Assembly: GCA_951406725.2 (NCBI GenBank)
Contig: OX597830.1
Span: forward strand, 65,100,001-65,164,000
Direction of reading: 5' to 3'
Source: Octopus vulgaris
Taxonomy: Eukaryota
DNA length: 64,000 nucleotides
Shown here: piece after piece, positions 29,378-44,174 of the stretch
Position numbering within the stretch: position 1 is the first letter of the stretch
Layout: each line of letters begins with the position of its first letter
Translations under genes and position numbers: made by a program
Notes under the pieces: model-generated
Databases searched by the model: none
What the model saw: the letters and a program-made list of their open reading frames with translations, nothing else
What the model was told of the DNA's origin: nothing

Positions 29378-29540
29378 CGACGGGCTTCGTTTAGTTTCCG
29401 TCTACCAAATCCACTCACAAGGCTTTGGTCGGCCTGAGGCTATAGTAGAAGACTCTCGCCCAAGGTGCCACGCAGTGGGACTGAACCGGGATCGATGTGG
29501 TTCGTAAGCAAGCTACTTACCACATAGCCACTCCTACACC
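29340..29540 (-). mobile_element. SINE family A, 5' half
   Basis: tctaccaaatccactcacaagg...gccactcctacacct. Confidence 0.85.
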
Positions 29541-31146
29541 TTGCATATTGTCTTCATCTTTTAACATTCAGGCGATTGGAAGTTCTTGTATTGATATTAA
29601 TTTCTGACATGTAAAGAGAGTATTTCTTCTAGATGTCAGGTCCCTGTTTTGGGTTACGTCATCGTTGAAGAGCAATATCGGAGATATTTCACGCTACTCT
29701 TTTTCGCTTTAGAATGCCAAAATCTTAACCTTTTGCCCATGCAAGGCAATTTCATAAACTTGTACTAAACGTCCATTCTTGTTATTAGACATTTAGCGAG
29801 CCATTATTATTTCATACGTTCAGAGTTACATAAAGTTATCTTTTCATAAGTTCTAAATTATTCTATTGGTTGAAAAATAATGGTAATATGTATCATATAT
29901 GATGCATGCACGCAAGGAAAATATGCCCTTGGGTCACATGTGATACACAGGACAGACTTGGTAACACTGAGTACGTCTTGCAAAGATTTTTCAAGCTTTC
30001 ACAATAGTGAATAAGATAGGATAGCAGTAAAAGTGTGTAAACCTTTCTTAGAAAATCTGTACCTGAATAACAAATAGAGGATTGCTACAAAAAGAATCGT
30101 TCCTCCTAGAAAAGCCACCATCATTTATGGAGATTTATTTAGACACGAAAATCATTTCCAAGAGTCCGTAGCGTCTAGCCTTTAGAGGGCATATAATAAA
30201 TTTAAGCTCAGAATGAACAATGGTACATAATGTTGAAAGAAAAAGTTTTTCAGGAGACTCTAAGGTCAAATGCCATGTCTGTTGTATACTATTATACATT
30301 ATGCAGGTTTGAAATTGCATAAAATTACAAGATGGATTCTAGATGTTATGTGCTCTGATTGTGTTTAGACTATTCAAAGAAGATTATTTTTGTAAAAGTT
30401 TTGTTTGAAATTCACAGCAGACAGATTACTTTGTTATTACTTAAGTGTTTTTCTCTCATGATTCAAGATTTTAGGAGTGTTTTCTTTCTTGTAGCAGCGC
30501 CGTATAAAGTAATGGAATCATTCTCTCACGATGAAACGCAAGCACATTGAAATGTACACAAACACCCACAGATACAGGCAAAGGCACGCGTACGGTCGCA
30601 CTCCCAGATACACGCACACACGCACGCAGACACACATACACACACACTTTGAAAGACACATAAACACATACACAGGCAAGTACACCCACCGTACACATAA
30701 ACACGCATTATATATATATATATAGATAGATGTATATATAGACATACATACGTATATATATATATATATATATATATATGATACAAAAATGAAACAAGAA
30801 CGCAAAATATCCAGACAGGTGATACAAAAAAGGGACACACACACACATATATATACACACATATCTATATACTCATACATATATATACATATACATATAT
30901 GTATGTTTCTGTGTATGAGTACATGCACACACACATATATATATATGCATACATACATACATGAATATACATATATGTGAATATGTTTCTATCTATGAAT
31001 ATATATATATATGCAAATGTATGTATGAGTGTATGTATATATTAATGTACATATATATACATTTAATATATGTAAGGGAACGTGTGTGATGTGTTTATGC
31101 GTGTGTTCCAGTGTGTTTATGTAGATAGATATATATGACTGATCCA

Positions 31147-31376
31147 GGCGGCGAACTGGCAGAGTCGTTAGCACGCCGGGCGAAATGCGTAGCCATATTT
31201 CGTCTGCCGTTACGTTCTGAGTTCAAATTCCGCCGAGGTCGACTTTGCCTTTCATCCCTTCAGGGTCGATAAATGAAGTACCAGTTACGCACGGGAGTCG
31301 ATGTCATCGACTTAATCCGTATGTCTGTCCTTGTTTGTCCCCTCTGTGTTTAGCCCCTTGTGGGCAATAAAGAAAC
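31147..31376 (+). mobile_element. SINE family B, full length with target-site duplication
   Basis: agatatatatgactga at 31127-31142 and 31377-31392; B box gagttcaaattcc. Confidence 0.92.
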
Positions 31377-31696
31377 AGATATATATGACTGAGTCTGTTT
31401 TGGTATACCTCCGAGCGTTAGAGGGTGTAACCATAACCATGTCAACGTGTATGTTTACCTTTGATCGTGTGTATGTGTCTGGGGTGGTGGGGGTGGGGGG
31501 TATCTGGCTAGACACGCCTATGAATAGAGACACCATAAAACCTGACAGTGTTCGTTTATTGTACTCAAATTACTTTTCCAGCCGCCCGACCGTTTACATG
31601 GATCCCTGCTCCTCTTCCCTCCCGGAAAGCTATGTAAGTGCAACCTTTATCCCTGGTCAGGGTTTCAACCCAATTATTACCAACGCTTTTACCATT

Positions 31697-31931
31697 ATTT
31701 TTCTGTTGTTATTCCATAGTGTTGGCATAGCTTCCAGTGTACATAGGTCCCAATTTTGTCGTGTCGGTGAATATATTCCTTCTTAGCCAGGACTGGGCAA
31801 CCAGAGACAATATGATTTATTGTTTTTCGTCCATCTCCACATATTCTTCAGTCACTTATATTTCTTTTCATTATATGTTTTTGGTCATTTCTGGTGGGGA
31901 GGCTTTGGTCTAGTGCTGCAATTAAAAATCC
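31697..31931 (-). mobile_element. R4/Dong-like fragment (CCHC zinc knuckle)
   Basis: GFLIAALDQSLPTR...*RICGDGRKTINHIVSGCPVLAKKEYIHRHD; abuts (TTA)n. Confidence 0.82.
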
Positions 31932-31992
<61 letters not shown>

Positions 31993-32001
31993 CATCATCA
32001 A

Positions 32002-32109
<108 letters not shown>

Positions 32110-32121
32110 TATTATTATTAT

Positions 32122-32678
32122 TGAGAGAGAGAGCTGTGCATGCCATCAAAGTGACACTGGGGTAAAATATACGAAGCCCAGTATACCCATCATGACTACC
32201 CGTCTGATAAGGGTACACTAGGCACATGCATCACAACCATATGAGCGCGACATGGTGATCTCATATCAAGATAAAGAGCGCATGACCTTGCGGGTGGAGC
32301 CCAGTTAGAATTTTCTTCTGGTCGAGTAAGCCATCCCGCTCAAAAGGTCCCTGAATAAGGGTTGTTTAAGGATGTTGAATGAAACATCCATGTTTCCAGA
32401 AGTGAATTATTCAAACCCCCAAAAATCCCTCTCAAAACATGGCTATGATACTCCCCCACTACTCTTGCTCTTGATCAGAGATGTACATATCATCAGCCAC
32501 TAAGGGACATGCTCAACTGGTTAAGGTCAAACAACTGACAAGCAAATCTGTGGTATTGAGCAGAATATTTGCTGTAGCCCATCTTTTATATGAAGACAAA
32601 ACAATTTACATGATAACACTTCCAATCAGATAAGATCAGAAGCCACGAGATCCACAGCCTTGTACTGCATCATGGCAT
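32122..32678 (-). mobile_element. Family F non-autonomous element (longest copy) in (TTA)n
   Basis: Shared with the 24591 and 23199 copies. Confidence 0.88.
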
Positions 32679-32696
32679 TTATTATTATTATTATTA

Positions 32697-33153
32697 TTCA
32701 GTAGTTTTATTTTTATTTTTATAGCGTGCTTTCACTTCACTACCGAGCGCAGCTCTGTGTGCCTTGGGTATGTGCTGTGATTTGTTGTGATGCTCTGATG
32801 GTTATTGTATGGAAAGTGTTCTGCGTAGGATGTGTGCAGTGCCTAGTAGTGCAATTTTCTGTATGTTATATGTGTTTGTAAGTCCTGGTGTTTTTGTTAT
32901 GTATTTGTCTGAATATTTTTTTATCATGCCTAATGCACCTACTATGATAGGAATTGTTTCTGTTTTCAGATTCCACATTCTAGTTACCTCTATTTCCAGG
33001 TCTTTGTATTTTGAGAGTTTCTCCATTTCTTTTAGAGACACGTTGTCATCTGCCGGTACTGATACATCAATTAGAAAGCATTTTTTTCTTCATGGTCTCT
33101 GACAACTATATCTGGTCTGTTGGCCTTAATTTCTCTATCTGTGTGTATCGGCA

Positions 33154-33155
<2 letters not shown>
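32697..33155 (-). mobile_element. R4/Dong-like 3' fragment in (TTA)n
   Basis: Near-identical to 10730-11182; RPDIVV..LIDVSVP..EKLSKYKDLEIE. Confidence 0.88.
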
Positions 33156-33205
<50 letters not shown>

Positions 33206-33374
33206 GTTATTGTTATTGTTGTTGTTGTTGTTGTTGTTATTATTATTATTATTATTATTATGATTATTATTATTATTATTATATATATATATATCTGTGT
33301 GTGTGTGTGTGTATAACGAAGCCTTATCTTCGTTACGATGGCAACAGTTCGGACACTTATTGATCAGACCTCAT

Positions 33375-34031
33375 ATATAGATTAAAGTAGTGAGGAAAGG
33401 TAAACAATTAAGCAACGAAAAACAAGGACATTTAATTTTATTTGATTCAATCTAAAATTTAGCTACATAATGAATGGTACAAATAGTACAAAATAATAAA
33501 GACAGTCTCTGACAGCTGTTTCTGGGATACCCCAGCTATTCGAGCACATATCAAATCTTTCATTGTTTAATTTGTGACAACTTTGGATCTGCTAGCATTC
33601 ATTTTAATTTCCCCCCAAATATGGTGGACTGCATAACAATTCTTTCTCTGTTTTCACTACGCTATGCCACTTAACCATTCTTTCTGCCCATGGATTTACC
33701 TAAAGAAGACCCGATTTAACTGGATTAAATTGAACCCGCTCACTCTCCAGGACATATTGAACCACAACAAATATCATTGGTGAAGAACATTTTTCCACAG
33801 TCTAACTTATATTTCTTCGATGACGGAGTATCCAACTTACAGTGTTTTCGCTCGATACGATGCTCCAATCACTGGGATATTTCAGAAACAGCTGTCAGAG
33901 AATAGCTTTATCATTTTGTACTACTTTTACCACTCGTTATGGAGTCATATTTTAGATTGAATTAAATAAAATTAAATGTCTTTTCCTACATTGCCAGACT
34001 GTTATCCTTTCCTCCCAACTTTAACCTATAT
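33375..34031. mobile_element. Diverged inverted-repeat element with hammerhead-like motif (Penelope pLTR-like)
   Basis: 33375-33552 is a diverged reverse complement of 33854-34031; GAAACAGCTGTC is present in both arms. Confidence 0.7.
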
Positions 34032-34221
34032 GTACTGACTCAAAGGGATGCCACCGCTAAGCGTTTTGGAACAAGACAATCACACAACCACAACTCTATA
34101 CCTTGTTCTAACTGGAGTTTTGTTGACACATTTATTTAAACACTCAGAAGCATACCTGCTAGTCTGAGTCATCCTGACGGAAACTCCTTATATTATCTCT
34201 CTCTCTCGCCCTTGATATGTA

Positions 34222-34305
<84 letters not shown>

Positions 34306-34579
34306 CACGGACATATTTATACTTAGTGATTTGCTAATACATATAACATGTTACTATAAACGAATTAGGGATGTATATTCGAAACATTTAATACTCCTAC
34401 TTTTGTATAATGCGCATTGTATAGAGTGACATATATTTCGATTTAGGCTACAACACAAGAAACTGAGCCTCAAAGAGTTGAAATTGTTATTGATAACAAG
34501 TATAACAAGTTATTGAATAACTTCTTTTGTGTGATTATATCAAATATATATGTATGTGTGTATATATATATATATTTAA

Positions 34580-34620
<41 letters not shown>

Positions 34621-35324
34621 TATATATATATATGTACATACATACATACATACATACATACATACATACATACATACATACATACACAATATGTGAGTGT
34701 GTATTCACACGGGCAAGAGAATAGAGAGAGTACTAGAAAACCGACCGAGAGACTTGTTACAAATCATTTGTTTTTATAGAACGAATTTCAATTTTTTTTC
34801 TGAGTTATATAAGTTAATGTAGCGGAAAGGTCCCACTTAGAAGTTGTATTATTATTGTAATTGAGAATAACTTGCATATAATACTTGTAGTGCTTAGTAG
34901 CATTGTTTTTCAAAACGTATGCGTGTGTGTGTAAAGTCTGTCTTTAGAAGTCTGTCTATGTTTTTGATTGGGTTCCATTCAATCGTACCCAGTGCACCAA
35001 TTAGCAATCATATTGATAAGAGTTTCGTTCTTCATATCTCTTGTTTATTTCTGTTACGAGGTCCTTACAAGTTATGTTTGGCCGCTTTTATTTGTGTTCT
35101 TGTTTTTTTTTCTATTATTTTTTATGGCTGTTTTGCAATTTAATTTGAAATTGTCGGCATATTGCCTAATACATATTGTTAACCCAGCCTGCCATGACTA
35201 AGTATATATTGGTAGGTACACACATACACACACACACACACACGTACACACACGTACACACAAGTACACACACATACACGCACACACACACACAAACACA
35301 CACATATGATATATATATATATAT

Positions 35325-35366
<42 letters not shown>

Positions 35367-35391
35367 GCATAAGTACATTACGTAAATATAA

Positions 35392-35430
<39 letters not shown>

Positions 35431-35564
35431 AACGTACATATATACATACATAGATGCGTGTGTGTGTGTTTGTATATGTGTTCGAATACTTTATATGCAT
35501 ATAAAATACATACACACAAACGCGCGTACACACATATATATATATGCATACTTATATACATGCA

Positions 35565-35603
<39 letters not shown>

Positions 35604-35690
35604 GTATATATGTATATATGTAAATATATATACATGCATATACATCAATATATGTGTCTACCTGAATGTGTATATATATTTGGGTGTATC

Positions 35691-35746
<56 letters not shown>

Positions 35747-35819
35747 GAGAGAGAGAGAGATGATATACGTACGTGATGCAAACAAGTATACACATATACA
35801 TGCATATATTCAAACATTA

Positions 35820-36300
35820 ATACATATACACATACATACATACATACATACATACATACATACATACATACATACATACATACATACATACATACATACA
35901 TACATACATACATAATACATACATACATACATACATACATACATACATACATACATACATACATACATACATACATACATACATACATACATACATACAT
36001 ACATACATACATACATACATACATACATACATACATGCATACATACACACATACATACATACATACATACATGCATACATACATGCATACATACATACAT
36101 ACATACATGCATACATACACACATACATACATACATATACACATACATACATACATAATACATACATACATACATACATACATACATACATACATACATA
36201 ATACATACATACATACATACATACATACATACATACATAATACATACATACATACATACATACATACATACATACATACATACATACATACATACACACA
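35820..36300. repeat. (CATA)n microsatellite
   Basis: Direct reading. Confidence 0.95.
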
Positions 36301-36678
36301 TGCTTATTAAAATTGCCAGAACTGGACACCCAATACAACGAGACATTCTCTACCGTCTTAATCTTGGAAGCAAACAATATCCAGTCAATATTAACGTCTT
36401 GTTTTAATACTTAGCTGTTGCATCTTTTTTTTGTAGCCAGTTATTGATCTTATGTAACCAAAACCAGACCATATGTTTCTGTCTATAATCTTAACACACA
36501 TAACTTTCCAGGGTAACTGGGGATGGTCATGGACGGGTTCTCATCTTCATTTTCGCTTTAGTCTTTTATCCGTGTCTATTCTCTTTGTTGTCTTTTTTTT
36601 ATCATATTTTTTCTCTCCTTCCTGAATTCAACGCCAAACTTCCATTGTTATTTCTACATTATTATTATTATTATTATC

Positions 36679-36746
<68 letters not shown>

Positions 36747-36919
36747 TTTTTTATTATGATATCATATGATGATTCATATGATTCAGTTCAGCCTCTCTAT
36801 GCTAATTGTTTTTATGCGTATAAAATACTTTTGTCCTTGTCCAGTTACGTAAATAGCTCTGTACTTTCTTTCCTCGTCTGTCCTCCCTTCTTTCTCTCTG
36901 TCTCTGTCTCTCTGGTTCA

Positions 36920-36969
<50 letters not shown>

Positions 36970-37189
36970 GTCTGTCTCTTAAAGTATTGATTGCCAGAAA
37001 TCGGTAGACGTATTCTAGTTAGGACCTTTAATGTTCGGAGATCAAATCCCGCCCAGATCGATATTTTGTCTTTCATGCTTCCGGGGTCGATGAAATAAAA
37101 TATCAGTCAAGTACCGAGTCGATATATAATCAAATATACTTCTTTCCTAACAATATCCATACTTATTATGTATCAATGCTAGAAATCAC

Positions 37190-37671
37190 TATCATCATCA
37201 TCATCGCCATTATCACCATCAACATCGTCATCATCACCATTGTCATCATCGACGTTATCATTACCCTCCTCATCATCGTCGTCGTCATTATCGTCATCGT
37301 TGTCATCATCATCCTCATTTTGACCGTCATCATCGTTGTCATCACCATCACCATCAGGTAACCATCACCGTCACCATCACCGTCACCATCACCCCCACCA
37401 TCATCATCGTTGTCGTCGTCGGAATCATCACCATCACCATCACCACCAAGATCCCCTCACCACCAACACCACCATCATCATCATCATCATCATTGTCGTC
37501 GTCGTCATCGTCGTCGTCGTCGTCGTCATCGTAATCACCATCACCACCACGACAACTACCACCACCACCATCATCATCATCATCATTATCATCATCATCG
37601 TCGTCGTCGTCGTCGTCGTCGTAACCATCACCATCACCACGACGACCACGACGACCACCATCATCATCATC

Positions 37672-37721
<50 letters not shown>

Positions 37722-37995
37722 TATCATCATCATCATCATCACCATCATCGTCGCTCATCGTCGTCGTCGTCGACGACGTCGTTTCATCATCAGCATCACC
37801 TTGAATACCATCTTGACCATCATCTTGACAATCATTATGGCCGTCGTCGTGATCGTCATTGACGTCGTTGTAATCATCATCATTATGATCATCATCATCC
37901 TCATCATCATCATCCTCTTCCACCACCATCATCAACATCATCATCATCATCGTCATTACTATCATCATTATCATCATTATCATCAGTATTATTAT
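37190..37995. repeat. Degenerate (CAT/CGT/CAC)n region
   Basis: Direct reading. Confidence 0.92.
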
Positions 37996-38208
37996 TTTGG
38001 TCCTTAGTGGAGTGGCAGAATCTTTAAAACGATGGAAAATATTTTTAAAAAACAATTTTTCGCTATTTATTCCTGTTCTTTTGATAGTCAGATTAAAATC
38101 CCACTGGGGTCACCTTTGTCTTTCATCACCACCCCCTCCATCCAACCAGGATCTATAAAATATTGAGTACCAGCCGCGTACTAAAGTTAATGGTATTGAC
38201 CGACCAAC

Positions 38209-38438
38209 GCGGCGAGTTGGCAGAAACGTTAGCACGCCGGGCGAAATGCTTAGCAGTATTTCGTCTGTCCTTACGTTCTGAGTTCAAATTCCGCCGAGGT
38301 CGACTTTGCCTTTCATCCTTTCGGGGTCGATTAAATAAGTACCAATTACGCACTGGGGTCGATATAATCGACTTAATCCGTTTGTCTGTCCTTGTTTGTC
38401 CTCTCTGTGTTTAGCCCCTTGTGGGTAGTAAAGAAATA
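38209..38438 (+). mobile_element. SINE family B, full length with 17-bp target-site duplication
   Basis: ggtattgaccgaccaac at 38192-38208 and 38439-38455. Confidence 0.93.
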
Positions 38439-39009
38439 GGTATTGACCGACCAACCTACACACATAAAATTATGATTCTCTGCTTAAACCAGAAACTAAG
38501 CGTGCTTAACTGGCAGAAGCGTTCCGAGTTCAAATCCCGACTTTTCCTTTTTCTGGTTTAATTAAAAATAAAGTCCCACTCAAGCACTGAGGTTAAGGTT
38601 ATCGAGTAAACCTCTCCGCTAAAATTGCTGGCCTTGTTTCAAGATTCGAAACTGCGATTATTGTTATTGAAGTCACAGGAATTTAGAAACGTTTGAGAGA
38701 ACGTGAAATAATCAGTTTTGAGAATATTGGCCCCGGAAGCACAGCACATCGATATCCTCATCATTGTCCATGTCGTTGTCATCATCATCATCATCATCAT
38801 CATCATCGTCGTCATCATCATCTTGACCATCGTCATCGTCGTAGTCGTCGTCGTCGACGTCGTAATCATCACCATGACCATCACCACCACGACCACCACC
38901 ATCATCAACCTCGTCATCATCGTTGTCGTCGTAGTCATCATCGTCGTCATCATCATCATTATCATCGTCGTCGTCATCGTCGTTGTCTTCGTCATAACTA
39001 TAATTAACA

Positions 39010-39290
39010 GCATGTGAATACTAGATTGAAAAACCCGTTTGGATTGAAGAACACGAAGGCTTTCGGCCAATATTCGAAAGTTAATTTAGGGGTAGTGTGA
39101 TTGGTGTAGCCCCTGAGTAGAGGTCAGATAGTGTCAGGGGTGATGCCAGAGGACGATGAATAAGTCAGCAACGTTTGAGTGGAGCTAACGTGATAGATCT
39201 GAGAAGTAAGGGCCAGTAATAACGGTAGCGGCAGAAAGGGAATGTGAGATCCATGAGTTATTGACGTTATAGTAAAAGGTGCATTTTATA
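39010..39290 (-). pseudogene. Decayed LINE 3' relic, same group as 20950-21200
   Basis: Reverse strand FCRYRYYW..SDLSR.AP-like segment. Confidence 0.35.
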
Positions 39291-39327
39291 CAGGAGATTT
39301 TTTTTGTTTTTTATTATTTTTTTTACA

Positions 39328-39785
<458 letters not shown>

Positions 39786-39818
39786 ATAACTGTAACAAAC
39801 AAAACAGTAAAAGAGTAT

Positions 39819-40035
39819 AGGCGGCGAGCTGGCAGAATGGTTACAGCGCCGGTCAAAATGCTTAACGACGTTTCGTCCGTCTTTACGTTCCGAGTTCAAA
39901 TTCCGCCGGTGTCGACTTTGCATTTTATCCTTTCGAGGGCCGGTAAATTAAGTACCAGTCAAGCACTAGACTGGATGTAATTGACTTGGCCCCTCCCCCA
40001 ACATTGCAAGACTTGTGCCTATAGTAGAAAGGATT
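39819..40035 (+). mobile_element. SINE family B (tail type 2)
   Basis: ggcggcgagctggcagaa...cttgtgcctatagtagaaaggatt. Confidence 0.85.
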
Positions 40036-40139
40036 ATATTGGAATTTTTATTGAGTTATTTTATTAGTATTTTCGTCCTCTGTTGTGTTCTTTGTACTGA
40101 GGCTTTATTATATAAGGCAGCCTTTCTTATATTGATATA

Positions 40140-40539
40140 CTAGCAGTATCGCCCGGCGTTGCTCGGGTTTGTAAGGGAAATAACTATACAAGCATTTTTA
40201 GAGATGTAAAGTATAATAGCCATCTCAATATGGCTAACCACAAAGGGGGGGGTGTTACTGTAGCTTTTTACGTTCTGAGATTTAATAATACATTTTTAGA
40301 GAGTTACTTCCCTTATATAATAGCAAAAAAAAATGCATTAAAAATTGGAAAAAAATTATGGTAAATTTTTTTTTAAATCGTAGACTCATCGTAGACGCGC
40401 ACTAATATCCAGAAGGGCTCGATATGAATCACGACTATAAGATACCCGCTTTTTGTTACACCGCACCGCAAAATGTGGGAGTAGTTAGGAATCTAAATCG
40501 TAGGAGACAGACACACAACCTCTCTTTTATATATAAAGA
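40140..40539 (-). mobile_element. Non-autonomous Helitron
   Basis: Minus strand starts A|TCTTTATATATAAAAG and ends cccgagcaacgccggg hairpin + cgatactgCTAG|T; AT target, no TSD. Confidence 0.85.
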
Positions 40540-41277
40540 TATATGTCATATAATATGAGGATGATTATCTGCTCTGTGGATTATTTAACCAAGTTATTGC
40601 AAATACGTCGTAACACTAAATTTAATGATAGATGGGACAATGTGGAAAATTAAACCCAATACATATTTAGTAAACTTTTAATACACTGGTTTCTGTGTGA
40701 TTGCGTGGTGTGAGAAAAACGTCTACGTGCCCCAACATCGCCGCACTTTTCAAGCTGAAACTAGATAAAGGGTTAAACTGCAGTGTATACACGTTTATAG
40801 CATGCACGTAATGAACCTGTACAAAACACACATAGGAAAAGAAAAACATCTCCTAACATTGAAGCAGGTCCTGGACAAATAAATTCCAGATAAACCACCG
40901 ATATGCGGATGTATCTCTGCAAAAAATTAAACGAGTGGAAATAAAATGCTTATTATACATCTTGCAAGTACATAATTGTATATTTTATTAAATAAAAAAA
41001 TTTTAAAAATAATCGTATACACTGCCCACACACTCTTCCACCCACAAAGTACATATTAGCTAATTTGTGTGTGTGTGTGTGTGCGTGCGCGCGCGCGTGT
41101 TTTTGTATGTGTAAGTACGTACATATATATATGTATATATGTATGTATGTATGTATGTATATGTGTGTGTCTATATATATATATATATGTATGTATTGTT
41201 TGTTTGTACTCCACCTGCCTTCGTCTTTTGTTTATTTTCATAAAGCTTCCCGTTATATGTATGTATATATGTATATA

Positions 41278-41352
<75 letters not shown>

Positions 41353-41362
41353 ATATATATAC

Positions 41363-41443
<81 letters not shown>

Positions 41444-41444
41444 T

Positions 41445-41505
41445 TAGATAAAACTTAGATATGTTTCGACCAAAGATTGGTCGAGGCCATGTCTAACTTA
41501 AGATA
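41445..41505 (-). mobile_element. Tail-only fragment of the CR1-like family at 18980
   Basis: Reverse complement ttaagttagacatggcct..ccaa..aaacatatctaagtt matches 19255-19313. Confidence 0.6.
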
Positions 41506-41769
41506 ATATATATTATATATATACATTTATGGCCTTTATATGATTGTGTCTGTATATAATATATATATTATATATGTATGTACGGCTTTTGCAATCGGCG
41601 CGTGTACGAAAAATGTCAAATTGTTGTACAGAAAAATAATCTGATGTCGCTGTAGTATATAATATGTATCGCAGCATGAATGACTTTGTGACGGCGTAAT
41701 ATGTACTCACTTTGGCTGGTTTATTATGAAACATATGACATCTACACAGGCATAAGCAACATTTGGGAT

Positions 41770-41988
41770 GGCGGCGAGCTGGCAGAAACGTTAGCACGTC
41801 GAGCGAAATGCTTAGTCTGCCGTTACGTTGTGAGTTCAAATTCCGCCGAGGTCGACTTTGCCTTTGCTCCTTTCGGGGTCGATAAATTAAGTACCAGTAA
41901 CGCACTGGGGTCGATGTAATCGATTTAATCCCTTTGTCTGTCCTTGTTTGTCCCCTCTATGTTTAGCCCCTTGTGGGTAATAAAGAAA
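41770..41988 (+). mobile_element. SINE family B
   Basis: Consensus match, tail type 1. Confidence 0.88.
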
Positions 41989-42904
41989 TATATATATATA
42001 TATATATGGGGGCGCTGTATATGGTGTGTTTGGTGTGTGTGTGTGTGTGTTTTTGTGTGTGCAGATATGTGTTTGGTGTGTGTGTGTGTTTTGTGTGTGT
42101 ATGTGTTTGGTGTGTGTGTGTGTGTGTGTTTGGTGTGTGTATGTGTTTGGTGTGTGTGTGCGTGTTTGTTATTCGTATTTGCGAAAATATAAACGCATGT
42201 GCATATATGTATGTGTGTATGTGTGTGTGTGTGTGTGTGTGCGTGTGTGTACGTCATTATATTTATATAAATACATGCACACTCATGTATGTATATGTAC
42301 AAACACGCGCACACGCTCTCTCACACACACTCTCACACACACATATACACATATACATATATACAATATGTACATCTTTTATCTTGAACTTGCTTTAGTC
42401 GCCGGATTCCGGCGATGCTGGGGCATCGCCTTAAAGAGCTTAGTCATACAAATCGATCCCACAACTTTATTTTTTAATCTCTGGCTTAATCTGTCGATTG
42501 TGATGTCGAACTGACGACTGACGGGAACGCAAACAAACTAACACCGATTATCCAGCGGTGGGTGAAGGACAAACACAAACACCAAGACTTCCACACATAC
42601 ATACATACATATACACAAACACACACACACGCACACACACACACATATAAATATATGGTTAATTTGAATAAACAAACGATTCTCAGACAAACGAATAAAA
42701 AGGGTTAACGTGAGGGCAACAAGAAACGTATTAACTTAACGTTGGGTGAAAGGGGAGAGAGTTTAACGTTTCTTCAGACTCTAAAGGCCGGTGACCTTTA
42801 ATCTTCCCCCGTTGTGTATATACCTTTGGGTATAACTATCTTTATATAATTAGTCTACTGCTCTATAACTTAGAGCTTGCTTTTTCGGATTTACGATTTA
42901 CTGA

Positions 42905-42973
<69 letters not shown>

Positions 42974-43099
42974 CTCACATTACTACGATGATCCGGTTCT
43001 TGACTGAAGACTGAGGGCTTCGAATGTCCTGTCTGTGTTTATTGTATCGTCTTCTAAGTGTTATGCGTTCTTGTCACAGTTTGTATTTTTCTACATATC

Positions 43100-43152
<53 letters not shown>

Positions 43153-43334
43153 AAAATGAGGGTGAAAAACTTGGATATTAATTTAATAGCATCAATTTAA
43201 CTCCAGTGGTTTAGCGCATAAAAAACTGAGATTCAGTAAATATTATTAATACATAAATATGAGAATCCACTCTTTAGCGTAAGGGTGTCCACATAGTGGA
43301 TTCTCTCTCATATTTATGTATTATATATATATAT

Positions 43335-43373
<39 letters not shown>

Positions 43374-43828
43374 CATACATACATACATACATACATACAT
43401 ACATACATACATACATACATACATACATAGAATATAAATAATATATAAATCTATGCATATATACATACATATGTGTATATACCTACATATATATGTATAT
43501 AACATGCACAATGAGAAATGAAAACATAAAAACAAAAACATAGAAAACGAACTTGTTTTCGAACAACGAAAAATAACGGAGAAAAGAGACATGCAACGTA
43601 AAGAATATTCCCCTTCGTCAGCTGTCCCCTACTCCGCGTTCGAAGGCGAGGACGATACGCGAATTCGCTGAAACAGTCCTTACGGTAAGAAGAAAATGGA
43701 GGGATACAAAAATGGCATACATAAGCCGGAAGACATTCTATTATGTCTGTTTAATTCAAAACAAAAGGGAGTATTATAAGAATAGATACACATGCAAAGA
43801 CTGTGTACTACACAAATATATACTAGTA

Positions 43829-43955
43829 ACCTTCTGGTGAAGCCTAGAGGCACACTCAACATCCAAACTCTATCTACCCATCCCTACAGGACACTGAAGA
43901 GATGGAGCTACCGTGGAGGGTATCGTAGCCTCTTGGCAGAAACGGCCGTAAGGAA
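43829..43955 (+). ncRNA. Hammerhead-like motif with long stem II insertion
   Basis: CTGGTGA a gcctagaggc...gcctcttggc a GAAA CGGCCG TA; GAAACGGCCGTA recurs at 50960. Confidence 0.45.
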
Positions 43956-44122
43956 TTGATCTTTTAATCTTTTACTCTTTTATGAATTACTATTATTAGT
44001 ATATATTATTATATATACTAATATTAGTATATATATAGTAGATATATATACTATATATATAGTATATATATAGTATAATAGTATATTATACAATATATAT
44101 AATATAATAGTATATATATATA

Positions 44123-44158
<36 letters not shown>

Positions 44159-44174
44159 TATTATTAGTATATAT

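Noticed and set aside
29560-30480. Possible decayed RT on the minus strand
   Set aside because: Only vague motif echoes; cannot be supported by eye
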